A stretch of 64,000 nucleotides of DNA, from the NCBI GenBank assembly GCA_951406725.2, contig OX597836.1:11222001-11286000 (forward strand), given 5' to 3'. Numbering within the stretch: the first letter of the stretch is position 1; the number at the start of each line of letters is the position of its first letter. The stretch is from Octopus vulgaris (Eukaryota). The translations under genes and the position numbers were made by a program. Shown in pieces: positions 1 to 12,539 of the stretch. Below the pieces are notes generated by a model that worked only from the letters and a program-made list of their open reading frames with translations, made no database searches and was not told the DNA's origin.

Positions 1-504
1 GCTTCCAGTTATAGACCATTTCGCAACATTCATCTATCAAAACGTTTTCGTTAGCAACATATCGTTGGAAGAGGGTTAGTTGTTGCTATCTTCTCAACAT
101 ACATCCGGTTCGTGCTCATTATTAATTTATGTATTAATTTTGGATTCTACAATTTCCTTCCATAAGACATGGTAGGGTTTTGGTAAGAAAAAAACAGAAT
201 TGATGCCGCGCCAGAACTGATGCTGCATGTCTGGTGCCGAAACCGATGCAATGCAAACGGATAACTTTAAAGATTCACCTAGTTTGTGCTCTCTGGAGCT
301 TGAGCAAATATGGAGACCTTGGTTGTGGTACGTGTTATGATCCGAGTGCACACATATCTCCCTACCTAATTAGACACAGGCAGAAAAGTTCAGATAATGA
401 AATGTCTGGAAAAATAGTGCAAGGCGTTCTGTTTGACGCTCGAGTGTTTCTGCCCAAACACCATTCTGAAACAAATGAACAAATAAAAGAATCTTGTTTT
501 TAAC

Positions 505-681
505 AATGATGTAGGTGATGTTGTTGTTGTTGTTGTTGAGGATGATGATGATGATGGTGGTGGTGGTGGTGATGATGATGTTTATATGATGTAGTGGTAT
601 TAGTAGTAGTAGTAGTAGTCGTAGTAGTAAGAAGAGTCGTAGTAGTAGAGGAAGAAGGAAACAAAAGTAGTAGTAGTAGTC

Positions 682-724
<43 letters not shown>

Positions 725-910
725 AAGTGGTCGTACTAGTATTAATAGTAGTAGTATTACTAGAAGAAGGTAGAGGAGGAGATGATGATGATGATGATGA
801 AGAAGAAGAAGAAGAAGAAGAAGAAAGAGAAGAAGAAGAAGAAGGAGGAGAAGAAGAGGAAGGAGAAGAATAAGAATAAGAAGAAGGTGAAGAAGAAGAA
901 GAAGAAGGCA

Positions 911-941
<31 letters not shown>

Positions 942-953
942 AGAAGAAGAAGA

Positions 954-1048
<95 letters not shown>
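505..1048. repeat. Compound trinucleotide microsatellite (GAT/GTT/GGT/TAG/GAA/GAT/AAT)
   Basis: Directly visible runs; they account for the poly-Y/H/S/T/K/D/N ORFs. Confidence 0.97.
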
Positions 1049-1050
<2 letters not shown>

Positions 1051-1179
1051 AGGGCGATGTTAAGCACGTTGACCCCTGTGCATGACTGGCTCACAGTTTA
1101 TCGAACCTGAAGAAATGAAAGCCAAAGAAGACACCGGCGAAAATCGATCTCAGAACAGAAATATTGGACGAATTGACGC

Positions 1180-1180
<1 letters not shown>
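1049..1180 (-). mobile_element. Degenerate SINE family B fragment
   Basis: tttatcgaacctgaagaaatgaaagccaaagaagacaccggcg...ctcagaac resembles the reverse complement of the family B core at 41885-42106. Confidence 0.6.
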
Positions 1181-1230
<50 letters not shown>

Positions 1231-1247
1231 TAATAATAATATTAATG

Positions 1248-1301
<54 letters not shown>

Positions 1302-1307
1302 TTAATG

Positions 1308-1366
<59 letters not shown>
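1181..1366. repeat. (AAT)n microsatellite
   Basis: Direct; contains a duplicated attaatgat interruption. Confidence 0.97.
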
Positions 1367-1367
<1 letters not shown>

Positions 1368-1940
1368 GCATTTATACCGTGCAAATTCCCTCCTGTGAGA
1401 GATAATATATTTTACGTAATGAAACAAGTTGTAGAAAAAGCAAAACACTTAATCTTTGCATTTTTTTTGCAAAGATTGTCGCAGTTAACACGAGATCATT
1501 CACAGCCAGGAGTTTCACATTTAGTGAAAAAAAAATGTACGCAGAAAATGACAAAAAAATGGAAAAAAAAACACATTACAGAATAAAATTACATCTTTAT
1601 CTCCTTTAGTTAATACAGATTTAATATCAATGTCGGATAATGATATAATTGTAAGTCTTTCCTATCGTCACTTGCATTTTTTTTCTTCTATCATTATTAT
1701 TATTATTATTATTATTATTTATTATTTTTATTTTTGCTATGACGCAAACCTGGGTATTATTAAATGTATTATATGATAAGTATTTGCTGTTTTTGGTGGG
1801 GTGATTTTTTTTTCTAGGAGGGGATATTTTTTGAAGATAAGAAATATATCGTGTTGTGTTGTGTGGCACTTTGCAATGAAATTAATACAGGTTTATTATT
1901 TAGATCTTTGGGGTTGGATGACAAATATTATACACATGCA

Positions 1941-2097
1941 CAGGCGTGGCTCTGTGTTTAAGAAGCTTATCTCCCAAGCACATCGTTCAGAGTTCAGTCC
2001 CATTGCGTGCTACCTTGTGAAAATGTCTTCCACTACAGCCCCTCTGCCGACCAGAGCTTGTGAGAGGATTTGGTTGACACTAAAAGAAGCTTCTTGT
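1941..2097 (+). mobile_element. SINE family A, degenerate 5' half
   Basis: Diverged match to 9644-9807. Confidence 0.75.
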
Positions 2098-2234
2098 ATA
2101 TATATAAATGGATGAACAAGAAATATAGATATTATTAAAAATAATATTACGATCCAGTCAAGCTCTACAAACCACCGATAGCTTACCGGCTACTATTTCT
2201 AGCAATGATCGTACTTCGAGTTATACATCGGCTT

Positions 2235-2290
<56 letters not shown>

Positions 2291-2294
<4 letters not shown>

Positions 2295-2460
2295 ATCCAA
2301 ACATGAAAGCACAAAAAAACACAACGCGAGGACGTGGAACAAATATAGTATTATTGGACGCTCAGGAAAGAAGGAAAGAAGGAGGTTTAACGTTTCGAGC
2401 GGAGCTCTTCGTCGGAAACATAGGAGAAGGAAAGATCCAGAGAAGGGAAGACAGAATATA
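2291..2460 (-). mobile_element. Penelope-like non-autonomous element end with hammerhead motif
   Basis: Abuts (TA)n; same terminus (ttggattaac) as 22185-22459; contains the hammerhead-like motif at 2385-2419. Confidence 0.6.
2385..2419 (-). ncRNA. Minimal type I hammerhead-like motif (core variant CCGACGA)
   Basis: Minus strand reads GTTT-CCGACGA-A-GAGC-tcc-GCTC-GAAAC-GTT-AAAC; stems I and II pair perfectly, U4 is replaced by C. Confidence 0.6.
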
Positions 2461-2764
2461 CCCAGAATTGGATAAGAACGTAACGGAGAGATAGACGATA
2501 CAAAAACAAGGACGGATCATTTGTAGTATTCTAGTCATCAGTCAAATTTCCAAATTATCATTACAGTTTCGGGGTGTTACACTTCAGACTGTTCAAAATT
2601 GTTTGGCTTCAAAAATCTAAGCTAAGAGCATTAAATTTTTTTGAAGAAAGCAAGTGAATGTGTACGACAACACAGACAAAAAACGAGAAAACGCAAAAAA
2701 TGCTACACGATCATAAATGCAACAAACAAGAGAATAACAGCAGGTGTCTTTTGAGTAACAAAGA

Positions 2765-3427
2765 GTGATCCATTTGGAGCTATGTGGAAATCACGACCTA
2801 CAAAGAGCAAAGACGTGGTATAAGAAAACTCCAGAAGGAGTCACGAAAATGAGAATTGCAAAATCTTGTGGGGTGCAGTTATCCAATGTGATCACTCGAC
2901 CAGACATGTTTAGCGGAATGTATTTCGGCTTTTTTATGTTCTGAGTTCAAATCATGCGAAGGTAAACTTTGCCTGTCACTCATTCGGGTTAGATAAGATT
3001 AAAGTACTGGTCTTCTAATATATGTCTTCTAATATATTGTTGTAGTGAATAAAAAAGAAAGAACATGTGTGATAATCGACATATCATGGCCCGGAGACAA
3101 CAGATTCAATGTGAAAGAAGAAGAAGAAAAATAAGCAATTCTGACGATTGGAAGTGGGAAATACTAAAGTTTCAGGAGAGTAGACGTGATACCAATAGTA
3201 ATTGGTGCATTTGGAAGTGTCAGTACTCAACTACCAACATGGCTGAAAAAGAACGGTGCAAGTGTGAAGGCAGAACACCTACAGAAATCAACATAAAACT
3301 GCTTGGAACTGCAAGAATTCTTTGCAGGGTTCTTGAAGCACGACCAGTAAGCAAGTGTCACCTTAGCCTGCTGGGTGTAGACAGCTGACACTTTCCATCA
3401 TACCCAGCAAAATAAACTTGAGTCTTC

Positions 3428-3428
<1 letters not shown>
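2765..3428 (+). pseudogene. R4/Dong-like non-LTR retrotransposon, degenerate restriction-like endonuclease C-terminus and 3' UTR, interrupted by a SINE B piece (about 2905-3010)
   Basis: Frameshifted translation gives WYKKTPEGVT..NCKILW, IVVVNKKERTCVIIDI, VIPIVIGAFG and LLGTARILCRVLE; ends in (TAA)n. Confidence 0.8.
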
Positions 3429-3461
<33 letters not shown>

Positions 3462-3462
<1 letters not shown>

Positions 3463-3786
3463 TGGAGAAACTTCCAAAATACGAAGACCTGGAAATAGAG
3501 GTAACCAGAATGTGGAATCTAAAAACAGAAACAATTCCTATCATAGTAGGTGCATTAGGCATGATAAAAAAATATTCAGACAAATACATAACAAAAACAC
3601 CAGGACTTACAAACACATATAACATACAGAAAATTGCACTACTAGGCACTGCACACATCCTACGCAGAACACTTTCCATACAATAACCATCAGAGCATCA
3701 CAACAAATCACAGCACATACCCAAGGCACACAGAGCTGCGCTCGGTAGTGAAGTGAAAGCACGATATAAAAAATAAAACTACTGAA
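3462..3786 (+). mobile_element. 5'-truncated R4/Dong-like retrotransposon inside a (TAA)n array
   Basis: ORF 3462-3686 EKLPKYEDLEIEVTRMWNLKTETIPIIVGALG...IQKIALLGTAHILRRTL is a typical RLE C-terminus; (TAA)n on both sides. Confidence 0.88.
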
Positions 3787-3795
3787 TAATAATAA

Positions 3796-3857
<62 letters not shown>

Positions 3858-4749
3858 TGATGATGGTTCAAGTTCTTGAGTATATTTGTTTCTCTAAATC
3901 TTTTAAGGCAAGGCGATACACCAGCAAGGGCGCATTCCCTTCACTGAAGCAGATAAAGATAAACCGAAACAGGCGTGTCAGTAAGAAATCTTACTTACAT
4001 AAAGAGAATACGCTCGCTTTTGTTACTTTCTTATTTATGAGCTACATTATTCCTGTGATTCTGATACACTTTATTCTGTAATCTATTAATTAAATGCTTG
4101 TAAAATATTCAAGTCGGAAGGTATGTGTTCGTGAAGAAAAATAAATCAAACACATGCTGAATCTGTGTACGACACGTCTCTTGTATGGCTTCAGCGAATG
4201 CAATCTTCCATTACCTTTATATTCTTAAGCAACTAAATTGCAAGAGAGATAAGTCCTTATTAATTGAATCACATGTCGAGTTATATCAAGTTACGTTTGC
4301 AGGTGAGAGTATGTATTTCTGAGGCAAAAAGTAAAAGGTATCCCAGAATGAAATTATTGGATAGCCGCTCGGTTTCTCAGAAGGATGGTTACGGGGCCGG
4401 GGAAATATATCTGCTTTTCTAGTTGTACTTCTTTACATTGTAAGTTCGATTCCAGCTGGGGTCGGATTTGCCTATCTATATTTTTCTTTCCAAATATTTC
4501 TTGGTCAAGCCTGCTCTTTACCACCTCTTTCTCTCCCAACCATTTTCTCTCCCTCTCTCTCCCTCCCCTTCTCCATCTCTCCATCTCCATCCTTCCTCTC
4601 TCCCCAATCTCTTCCCCTATCCCCAATCTCTTCCTCTCTCCCCAATCTCTTCCCTTCTCCCCTCTTTCTTCTTTTCTCCTTTCTCTCCCGCAGTAGGATT
4701 CGGTAAAATAACGTACTAGGAAAATTTCAACATTTCTGTAAATTAAAAT

Positions 4750-4945
4750 GCTGAGCTGGTAGAATCATGCTTAGCGGCGTTACTTCCGGCTCTTTTCGTC
4801 ATCAATTCAATTCCCATCAAAAGCACCCTTGGCTTTCATCCTTTCACGAACAATAAAATTAAGTACCAGTTAGGTACTGGATCGCGGTATTCAGCGTACC
4901 CTTTGCCCTAAAATTGCTACTTTGTGCCAAGGATTTGAAGTCATT
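4750..4945 (+). mobile_element. Degenerate SINE family B
   Basis: gagctggtagaatc...ttggctttcatcctttc...aagtaccagt. Confidence 0.7.
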
Positions 4946-5484
4946 AAAGCGACGAGCTGGCAGAAGAGTTTGCAATTTAAAGAGGAATTGACCAGTTACG
5001 AGATCAAAACCCAGACCCTATATCTATTGGTCAAATCGATGTTCCATGCGTTCTCTCGCGATATTCTATCTCTTAAAAGACAGAAGAACGTCCAACGACT
5101 ATGTCAATTCCAGAAATGAGAGCTTTTTGTTATGTCCGCATTCTAATAAATACGTCTTGGCCAAATTTGAGGACATGCCACTGGCCATATCGTAAATATC
5201 TTTGTTTACGTTTTCTTTTCAACATTGTCTGTTGTAACGTCGGTTACTCCCCTGCACTTTCCATCCATCTTCTTCTTAATGAGCGTTCTTAGGTTTAAAT
5301 GTCGTCTGCTTCAGAAGCGTCTGTCAACCTGTCAAATTCTCAACTTCACAATTGGTGAAATAAATGTTTCGGCCACGAACCCCCGGGTCGCTGTATTCAG
5401 TAGACTTGTGATTTTCATTATAAATTTATCTTCACTCTCTTGGATGATCGAGTGCAATTCTACTTGTTGAAGCTTTACAGCATT

Positions 5485-5583
5485 ATATAAATGTATATAT
5501 ATATATGTATATATATATATGTGTATATATATATATGTATATATATATATATGTATATATATATACATGTATATATATATATG

Positions 5584-5640
<57 letters not shown>

Positions 5641-5700
5641 GTGTGTGTGTGTGTGTGTGTATGTATTTATGTATACACATGCACACACGTGTGTGTGTAT
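5485..5700. repeat. (TA)n/(TG)n microsatellite
   Basis: Direct. Confidence 0.95.
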
Positions 5701-5925
5701 TTGCGACCACCACTGCTTGCCAAACGGAGTTAGTATATTTGTGGTTCCGAAACTTAGCAGTTCAGCAAAAAATTATCGATATAATAGCTACCACGCATTT
5801 TCGTGTTTTTGATTTTTTTTTTGTTTTTGTAATAATATTTGTAATCGATTCATTCGACTAAAATTCTTCAGGACGTTACTCCAGTATGGCCGCAGTCAAA
5901 TGACTGAAACAAGTAAAAGTTAAAA
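5695..5925 (+). mobile_element. SINE family A, 3' half
   Basis: Ends in the family tail ccagtatggccgcagtcaaatgactgaaacaagtaaaag. Confidence 0.7.
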
Positions 5926-5977
5926 GACAAAAAAAAAATAGAAAAAGAAAAAAACATTAGTATGATATCATTGCATG

Positions 5978-6095
5978 GCAGTGCCCCAGCATGGCCACAG
6001 CTCATGAGCTGAAACTAAATGAAATAAATGAAATTAAAAAAATGCCCCAGCATGGCCACAGCTCATGGGCTGAAAGTAGATGAAATAAATGAAAT
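5978..6095 (+). repeat. Two tandem copies (about 62 bp) of a SINE A-related tail
   Basis: tgccccagcatggccacagctcatg(a/g)gctgaaa...tgaaataaatgaaatt occurs twice. Confidence 0.85.
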
Positions 6096-6414
6096 TTAAA
6101 AAATGCAACAGAAGTAATTTTAAATGTTCAAATTTGACAATTGACTCACCATGGTACTGGTGGTGGTGATGATGATGTTGGTAGTGATGGTGGTGGGGAT
6201 GATGGTGACGGCGGTGGTAGTCGTCGTCGTCGTCGTCGTGTGGCGAATGACGTACATAGACGACGATCATATTTCAAAATTCATGGATGTGAGTTCAATA
6301 TTGGTTGACAGCTCTCTGAAACTCGTTAAGCTGTTATGCGAAGCACTGTCAATAAATTTCCTTTCTCGAACGTTTGAAATTCTCAAATTGAATGCAGGAT
6401 CTTCCTAGGATGTT

Positions 6415-6601
<187 letters not shown>

Positions 6602-6805
6602 TTCCATCAATTCATTCTGTAAGAATTCAGGAAGCTATGGTACGTTGATTGAAAGGGGATCTGACTTACTGCCTTCTAAGATGATTGCTGAATTGCTGAA
6701 CAGAGAGCGGTTGAATCCGTTCCATGAGTAATAAACGTACAAACTGAACCGCAGCCATCTATTGTTAGCAAGAACACACAAAAGCTCTCTGTCTCTCTGT
6801 CTCTC

Positions 6806-6849
<44 letters not shown>

Positions 6850-7360
6850 ACACACACACACACACAGACACACACACACACACACACACACATACACACA
6901 CAAACGAATTTTATCGCTTTCTTTCTCTGTCTTCTCACATACAAAATTCAAATTTATCCACAGACACACAAGATAGCATACAGACATTCTGGCACAAACA
7001 AGACAGACTCAATTGTACACATACGTTCATTCATATGTATATATATATATATACACATGGTCATATACAAATTCAAAGGCATACAAAATTATTAACAGAT
7101 TTATACACACACACACACACGCACAGTCACACACACATACATGCACACCCACACGCACACATGTGGTTGCGAGTAAATTTTCTCGCTTTCTCTCTCCACT
7201 CTCTTGTATACGAAATTCAAATTTATTCACACATACACGAGACAGTGCAAAAGCGTTACACACACATTCAATCAATATTACACACACACACGATCAAACA
7301 GACATTCAAAAGCTCACTCAATTATTGAGAGATTTATACATGCACACACATGCACATATG

Positions 7361-7395
<35 letters not shown>

Positions 7396-7474
7396 AAACA
7401 CACGCACACACACATACACGCAGACTCGATCTTTCAATTACAAAATAAGAATTTAACCGCCCACATACACATAT

Positions 7475-7640
7475 AGGCGCAGGCTTGGCTGTGTGGTAAA
7501 AAACTTGCTTACCAACCACATGGTTCCGGGTTCAGTTCCACTGCGAGGCACCTTGGGCAAGTGTCTTTTACTAAAGCCACGGGCCGACCAAAGCCTTGTG
7601 AGTGGATTTGGTAGACGGAAACTGAAAGAAGCCCGTCGTA
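7475..7640 (+). mobile_element. SINE family A, 5' half (tRNA-like head plus CORE-like segment)
   Basis: A-box-like tggctgtgtggtaa, B-box-like gggttcagttcc, then ccttgggcaagtgtc; ends at gaagcccgtcg followed by (TA)n. Confidence 0.9.
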
Positions 7641-7689
7641 TATATATACATATATGATATTTTTATATAAGCTTAAAGCTTATATAACT

Positions 7690-7830
7690 ACTACGCCATA
7701 TGCCCACGAGCGAGGATGATCCGGTTCTTGACTGAAGATTGAAGGCTTCGAATGTCCTGTCCGTGTTTTTTGTATCGTCTTCTAAATGTGTTACGTTCTT
7801 GTCCCAGTTTGTATTTTTCTACATATAATA
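7690..7830 (+). mobile_element. Short repeat, probably Penelope-like; related copy on the minus strand at about 2460-2545
   Basis: ttgactgaagattgaaggcttcgaatgtcctgtccgtg...gttacgttcttgtcc aligns to the reverse complement of 2460-2545. Confidence 0.45.
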
Positions 7831-8578
7831 TATATACATATATATATATTTGAATATGCGTTTGTAGCTATAAATGTATCTCTCCCTCTCTGTGTCTATC
7901 ACTGTCTATACGTATGTAAGCATGAATATATAACACCATATTATAAACGTTCATTTTCGTGTGTATGTTACGTTGTCTTAATATTGAACCTTCACTCCAT
8001 TGCTACGCAATTAAAGACACCCTTCTAAAAAGCCAAAAAGTTTTCAAATTTCTCTAAACAGAAACTGTAGACGTTTCTCCTTTGTGGCTAATCATTGCAA
8101 TTTTGATGAACAGAATACAGAATGATCGCTAGTTTTATTCAGTGTCTACAGAGTGCAAATATATCATAATTTTCTAGTTTTCATTAACTCTAGAAAGTTC
8201 CGTGTATATCATTTTCTCATTTACTTACCTTATTAATTAACTTATGTAATTAATTAACACGTTTCCTTACAATATGTTCGTGTCGCCAATATTAAGACAG
8301 TTTCAACATATTACAGTAAATTTAATAGTTAAAGAATTTGTTGCGAAACATTAATTAATTTATAAGCATGAGTTTCGTGTGATCTTTTTTTTCTGATATT
8401 AAATATTTATGGTTTTATAAATTACGTATCTCTTAAATTTTGCATTCGTACACTCCATTTAAAACTAAGAGTTGTCGAAATAATTCTCTCGAATTTTGGC
8501 TGAAGACCAGCAATTTTAAGGCGAGTGAGCAAGTCGCTTGCATCAACCTAAGTATTTGACTGGTACTATATTTCATCG

Positions 8579-8892
8579 GTGGAGGCACATGGCCTAGTGG
8601 TTAGAGCAGCGGACTCGCGATCGAGGGATCACGGGTTCGAATTTCAGACCGGGCGATGTGTGTGTGTGTTTATGAGTGAAACACTTAAGCTCCATGTGGT
8701 TCCGGCAGAAGTTAATGGTGAAATTCTGCTGACTCTTTCGCCGCAACTTTCTCTCACTCTTTCCTCCTGCACCTTGCTGCTCACCTGCGACGGACCGACG
8801 TACCGTCCAGGTGGGGAACCTATATGCCAAGGAAACCGGGAAACCGGCCTTAATGAGCCAGGCGTGGCTCGAGAAGGAACAGAAGAGAAGAG
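8579..8892 (+). mobile_element. tRNA-Arg-like SINE (family R) with V-domain-like tail, nested in a SINE B
   Basis: A box tggcctagtgg, anticodon-like gacTCGcg, B box ggttcgaatttc; tail cctgcgacggac..cgtccaggtgggg; 11-bp TSD atatttcatcg at 8568-8578 and 8893-8903. Confidence 0.9.
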
Positions 8893-9643
8893 ATATTTCA
8901 TCGACCACAGAGCTCAACTGATAGTTTATGTTATTGACTCAGAGAGGATAAAAAGCAAAGTCGATCCCAGAACGTAAAGAAATAACGCTGAACGTGTTCT
9001 CTGATGCACGACAAAAGTGACCGATAGAATAAGTACTAGGCTTACAAAGAAGAAGTCCTGATGTTGATTTCTTCGACTAAAACCCTTTAAAACGGTGCTC
9101 CAACATGGCAGCAGTCAAATGACCGAAACAAGTAACAGAATAAAAGTATAAAAGAATTCATGAAATGATTTGACAGAAAATTCCTAAGTATGAACACTTA
9201 CTAATACAGCCTTTGTAGACTGAGTGTAGAATGTGATGCAGATGGTGAGCTGCGGGAAAAATGTGGGCCCTGAGGGGTTATAGGGAAAGAAAAGCCCTCA
9301 ATAGCTTTTCAATTTTGTGTCGAAAGTAATTGTTTCATGTGTCTTTGAAATGACGGAATCATAAGACTGAAGCAAAATGGAAAACAAACGAGAGAGAAAA
9401 AGATTCTTACGGCAATATCAGATCCGATGAGATTTTGTCAAAGAACATGGAAGCCCTCGTAATGTAGATAGCGATACAAACCAATACATTGTAATGACTG
9501 GAGGGGTAGTTTTATCAAAGAGCTTTGGAGAAAAATCATTGAAGTACAAAGGTTTATCATAATATATATCAGTTATGTGATATTCTGTTCCAACAATGTG
9601 TTGCAGTGTTTGAATTTGTTGCTTTTCATTCAAGGATTGTTAT

Positions 9644-10110
<467 letters not shown>

Positions 10111-10759
10111 TCGTATGTGTGCGCGCGTGTATGTGTGTGTAGATAGATGGACAGACAGAACAGACAGACAGGCAGGCAGTACATAACTGCTTTCGTGTGT
10201 CAACACGTACCTTCGAGTGTTTAGTATGTTACTTTGGTTTGGTTTATATCATGTATATCATGTATCATGTATTGCCGCTTAACTCAGATCTCTTCAAACA
10301 CGGGCTGTTGAAATATATCTTTGTAGTTTATATATTGGGAAATATTTACTAGAAGTGGTTCGTGAGGAATTCATTATTTTTCCGTTGTAACAGTTTGGCT
10401 CCACATTACAAGTGAATGAAATAACCATTAATCATAGCGCTTCCTACGATTGTTGGCACAATTGCATCTTACCTGCTCTAGCCAAGGAAGTCGCAAAACA
10501 TTTAGCGAGTTATATACTGGACAGAGAGTGACAGGATACAAATTACGGATTTAGTAAATGATGAAGAGGTACAAGTCTGTCTCATATGTTCTACCTTAAG
10601 AAAGCTAAACTATCTTAACGCATTAAACACTGGATCCAAATGTTGAGGGTGGATTTGAATAAGCCCTTGGGTCAATTCGTCCGACAGAAAGCAGTGCTCT
10701 AGCATGGCCGCAGTCAAATGACTGAAACAATTGAAAGAACAAAAGAATCGAAGAATACA

Positions 10760-11245
10760 ATGTTGGTTTCAAATTTTGGCACAAGGCCAGAAATTTCGGG
10801 GGAGGAGGTTAGTCGTTTACATCGGCCCCATTGTCCAACTGGTAATTATGTTATCAGCCCCAAACGGATGAAAGGTGAAGTCGACCTGTGCGGAATTTGA
10901 ACTCAGAACGTAAAGGCGGGCAAAATGACGTTGGGGTATTTTGCCGGCGTGCTAACCATTCTGCCAGCAAGTTACATTTCATGAATTAAATGCTGGTACA
11001 AGGCCAGCAATTTTGAGGGTGGGTTTAAGTCGATTACATCGACCCCGCTGCTCAACGAGTACTTAGTTTATCGACTCCGAATGGATGAAAGGCAAAATCG
11101 ACCTCGGCGGAATTTGAACTCAGAACGTAAAGACGGACAAAATGCTAACTGTTCTGCCAGCTTGCTATCTTTGAAGCATTCAATACTGGTTTTAAATTTT
11201 GGTACAAAGACAGTAATTTTGGGGAAAAGGTTAAGTCGATTAAAA
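10760..11245 (-). mobile_element. Cluster of SINE family B copies (two near-complete, one tail)
   Basis: ggatgaaagg..aa(g/a)tcgacct...cggaatttgaactcagaacgtaa occurs twice. Confidence 0.85.
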
Positions 11246-11296
11246 TAATCACTCACCATATCGCGGTTCACTTATCGCGGGTTATCATTTAATCTT

Positions 11297-11352
<56 letters not shown>

Positions 11353-11380
11353 AATAATAATAATAATAATAATAACAACA
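11297..11380. repeat. (CAA)n/(TAA)n microsatellite
   Basis: Direct. Confidence 0.95.
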
Positions 11381-11422
11381 TAAAAAAATGAGAATGAGAA
11401 CCCAGGTTCGAAATTTTCCCAA

Positions 11423-11468
11423 GACACCTGAAGAAGGCTGGAGGGAATACCAGCCGAAACGTTGTGTT
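11423..11468 (+). ncRNA. Minimal type I hammerhead ribozyme motif in a Penelope-like terminal repeat (element about 11380-11525)
   Basis: GACAC-CTGAAGA-A-GGCTGG-agggaata-CCAGCC-GAAAC-GTT-GTGTT: intact core, 6-bp stem II, 5-bp stem I, palindromic AACGTT. Confidence 0.75.
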
Positions 11469-11669
11469 AACAACAAACAAGATGAGGACAAATATCCGTC
11501 GAATGTAAATAATGTAAATAATGTACTTATTGATATTTGTTTAGGATCTTTGCGTTCTAAATTCAACTTGCGTCAGGTAACGCTGCTTTTCAACCTTTCA
11601 CGATCCTTTCACGGTCCTTTCATGGTCAGTTAGTACGTGTAAAGTACGGATAAATATTCTTCCCGAGTG

Positions 11670-11895
11670 CTATAGGTCATAGGATTGGTTTCCCAGTTTC
11701 TGTGGCGGATATACACTTCCTCTGCACGGAACGGTGGTCTCTAGTAGGATTACTCATTTTGACAGTTGAGTGGCCTTTAGAAACGCCACATAGAAACTTT
11801 TGCTCAAGAACAGAACTCATCGCCCAGTCCAGGAATTTGAAACCACAATCTTGCGATCAAGGTTCCAACACCTAAGCCAATATGCAACGCACCTC
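11670..11895 (-). mobile_element. Degenerate tRNA-derived SINE with V-domain-like tail
   Basis: ggtttcccagtttctgtggcg and ttgctcaagaacagaac match the style of 62385-62660 and 28549-28886. Confidence 0.55.
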
Positions 11896-12539
11896 GACCT
11901 ATCGAGTCCTGGTGTCGATGGCATCGACTGCTCTCTTCCTTGAATTAGTTGGCCTTCTTCCCATACCGGAAACTATTGTTCGCGTCTACCATGATTTCTT
12001 CAGCATGAATTGTAAAACGGCATCTTGTAACTCTGTAAAAGCAATCCTTATTGGAATAATAAAATATAGTAGTTATTGAGTAAACTATAAATTGATTTAT
12101 GAATTCGAATAACCAACAGCTGAATGCCTGATTCTGGAATTCCGTTTGGAGAGACAGGTTTACTAATATTATCTTAAGCGCTAAACCTTACACTGAAAAA
12201 GCTAATGATATTCGCATTTATTATAGAATTCTTTTCAATCAACCGAATTAAAAGTAATCTCACATTATTTGCATTTAAAATATTATTCATAGGAAACTCA
12301 CACAAACACTAAGATTCTGAACACAAACAAATAAACCATTTGTTATCAAAATATGTTCTTAAGCTTGCTTCACTCTGAACAAACATATGGAGTCATTATT
12401 TCGGTATTCAATCTGCCTTTTGTTTATTTAGTTTCGTGTTTTGAAATCTCATCAATTTGATATTTTTCAAAACGTATGCTGAGTCAGAATTGGTAAACAG
12501 AACAAAAAAAAAATATCTGGCTTCATGAGTTATAATGAT

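Noticed and set aside
160-340. Possible decayed Cys-rich (CXC-like) transposase C-terminus on the plus strand
   Set aside because: Needs several frameshifts and substitutions to read; cannot be told from chance by eye.
600-1586. Long low-complexity ORFs (poly-Y/H/S/T, poly-K/D/N, poly-I/L) and the [12 protein letters not shown] and LSIY ORFs throughout
   Set aside because: They are translations of microsatellites that lack stop codons; no coding signal.
4195-4302. Possible 108-nt plus-strand exon ending gcag|gtgaga
   Set aside because: Modest acceptor, unrecognised peptide, no partner exons; an open frame this short is common by chance.
5050-5480. Non-repetitive segment that might be a decayed transposon ORF
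   Set aside because: Stops in the frames I translated and no recognisable motif.
8580-8655. tRNA-Arg(TCG)-like sequence, and similar heads at 19093, 28549, 33329 and 63417
   Set aside because: No complete cloverleaf or acceptor stem, and each continues into a SINE body; these are SINE heads, not tRNA genes.
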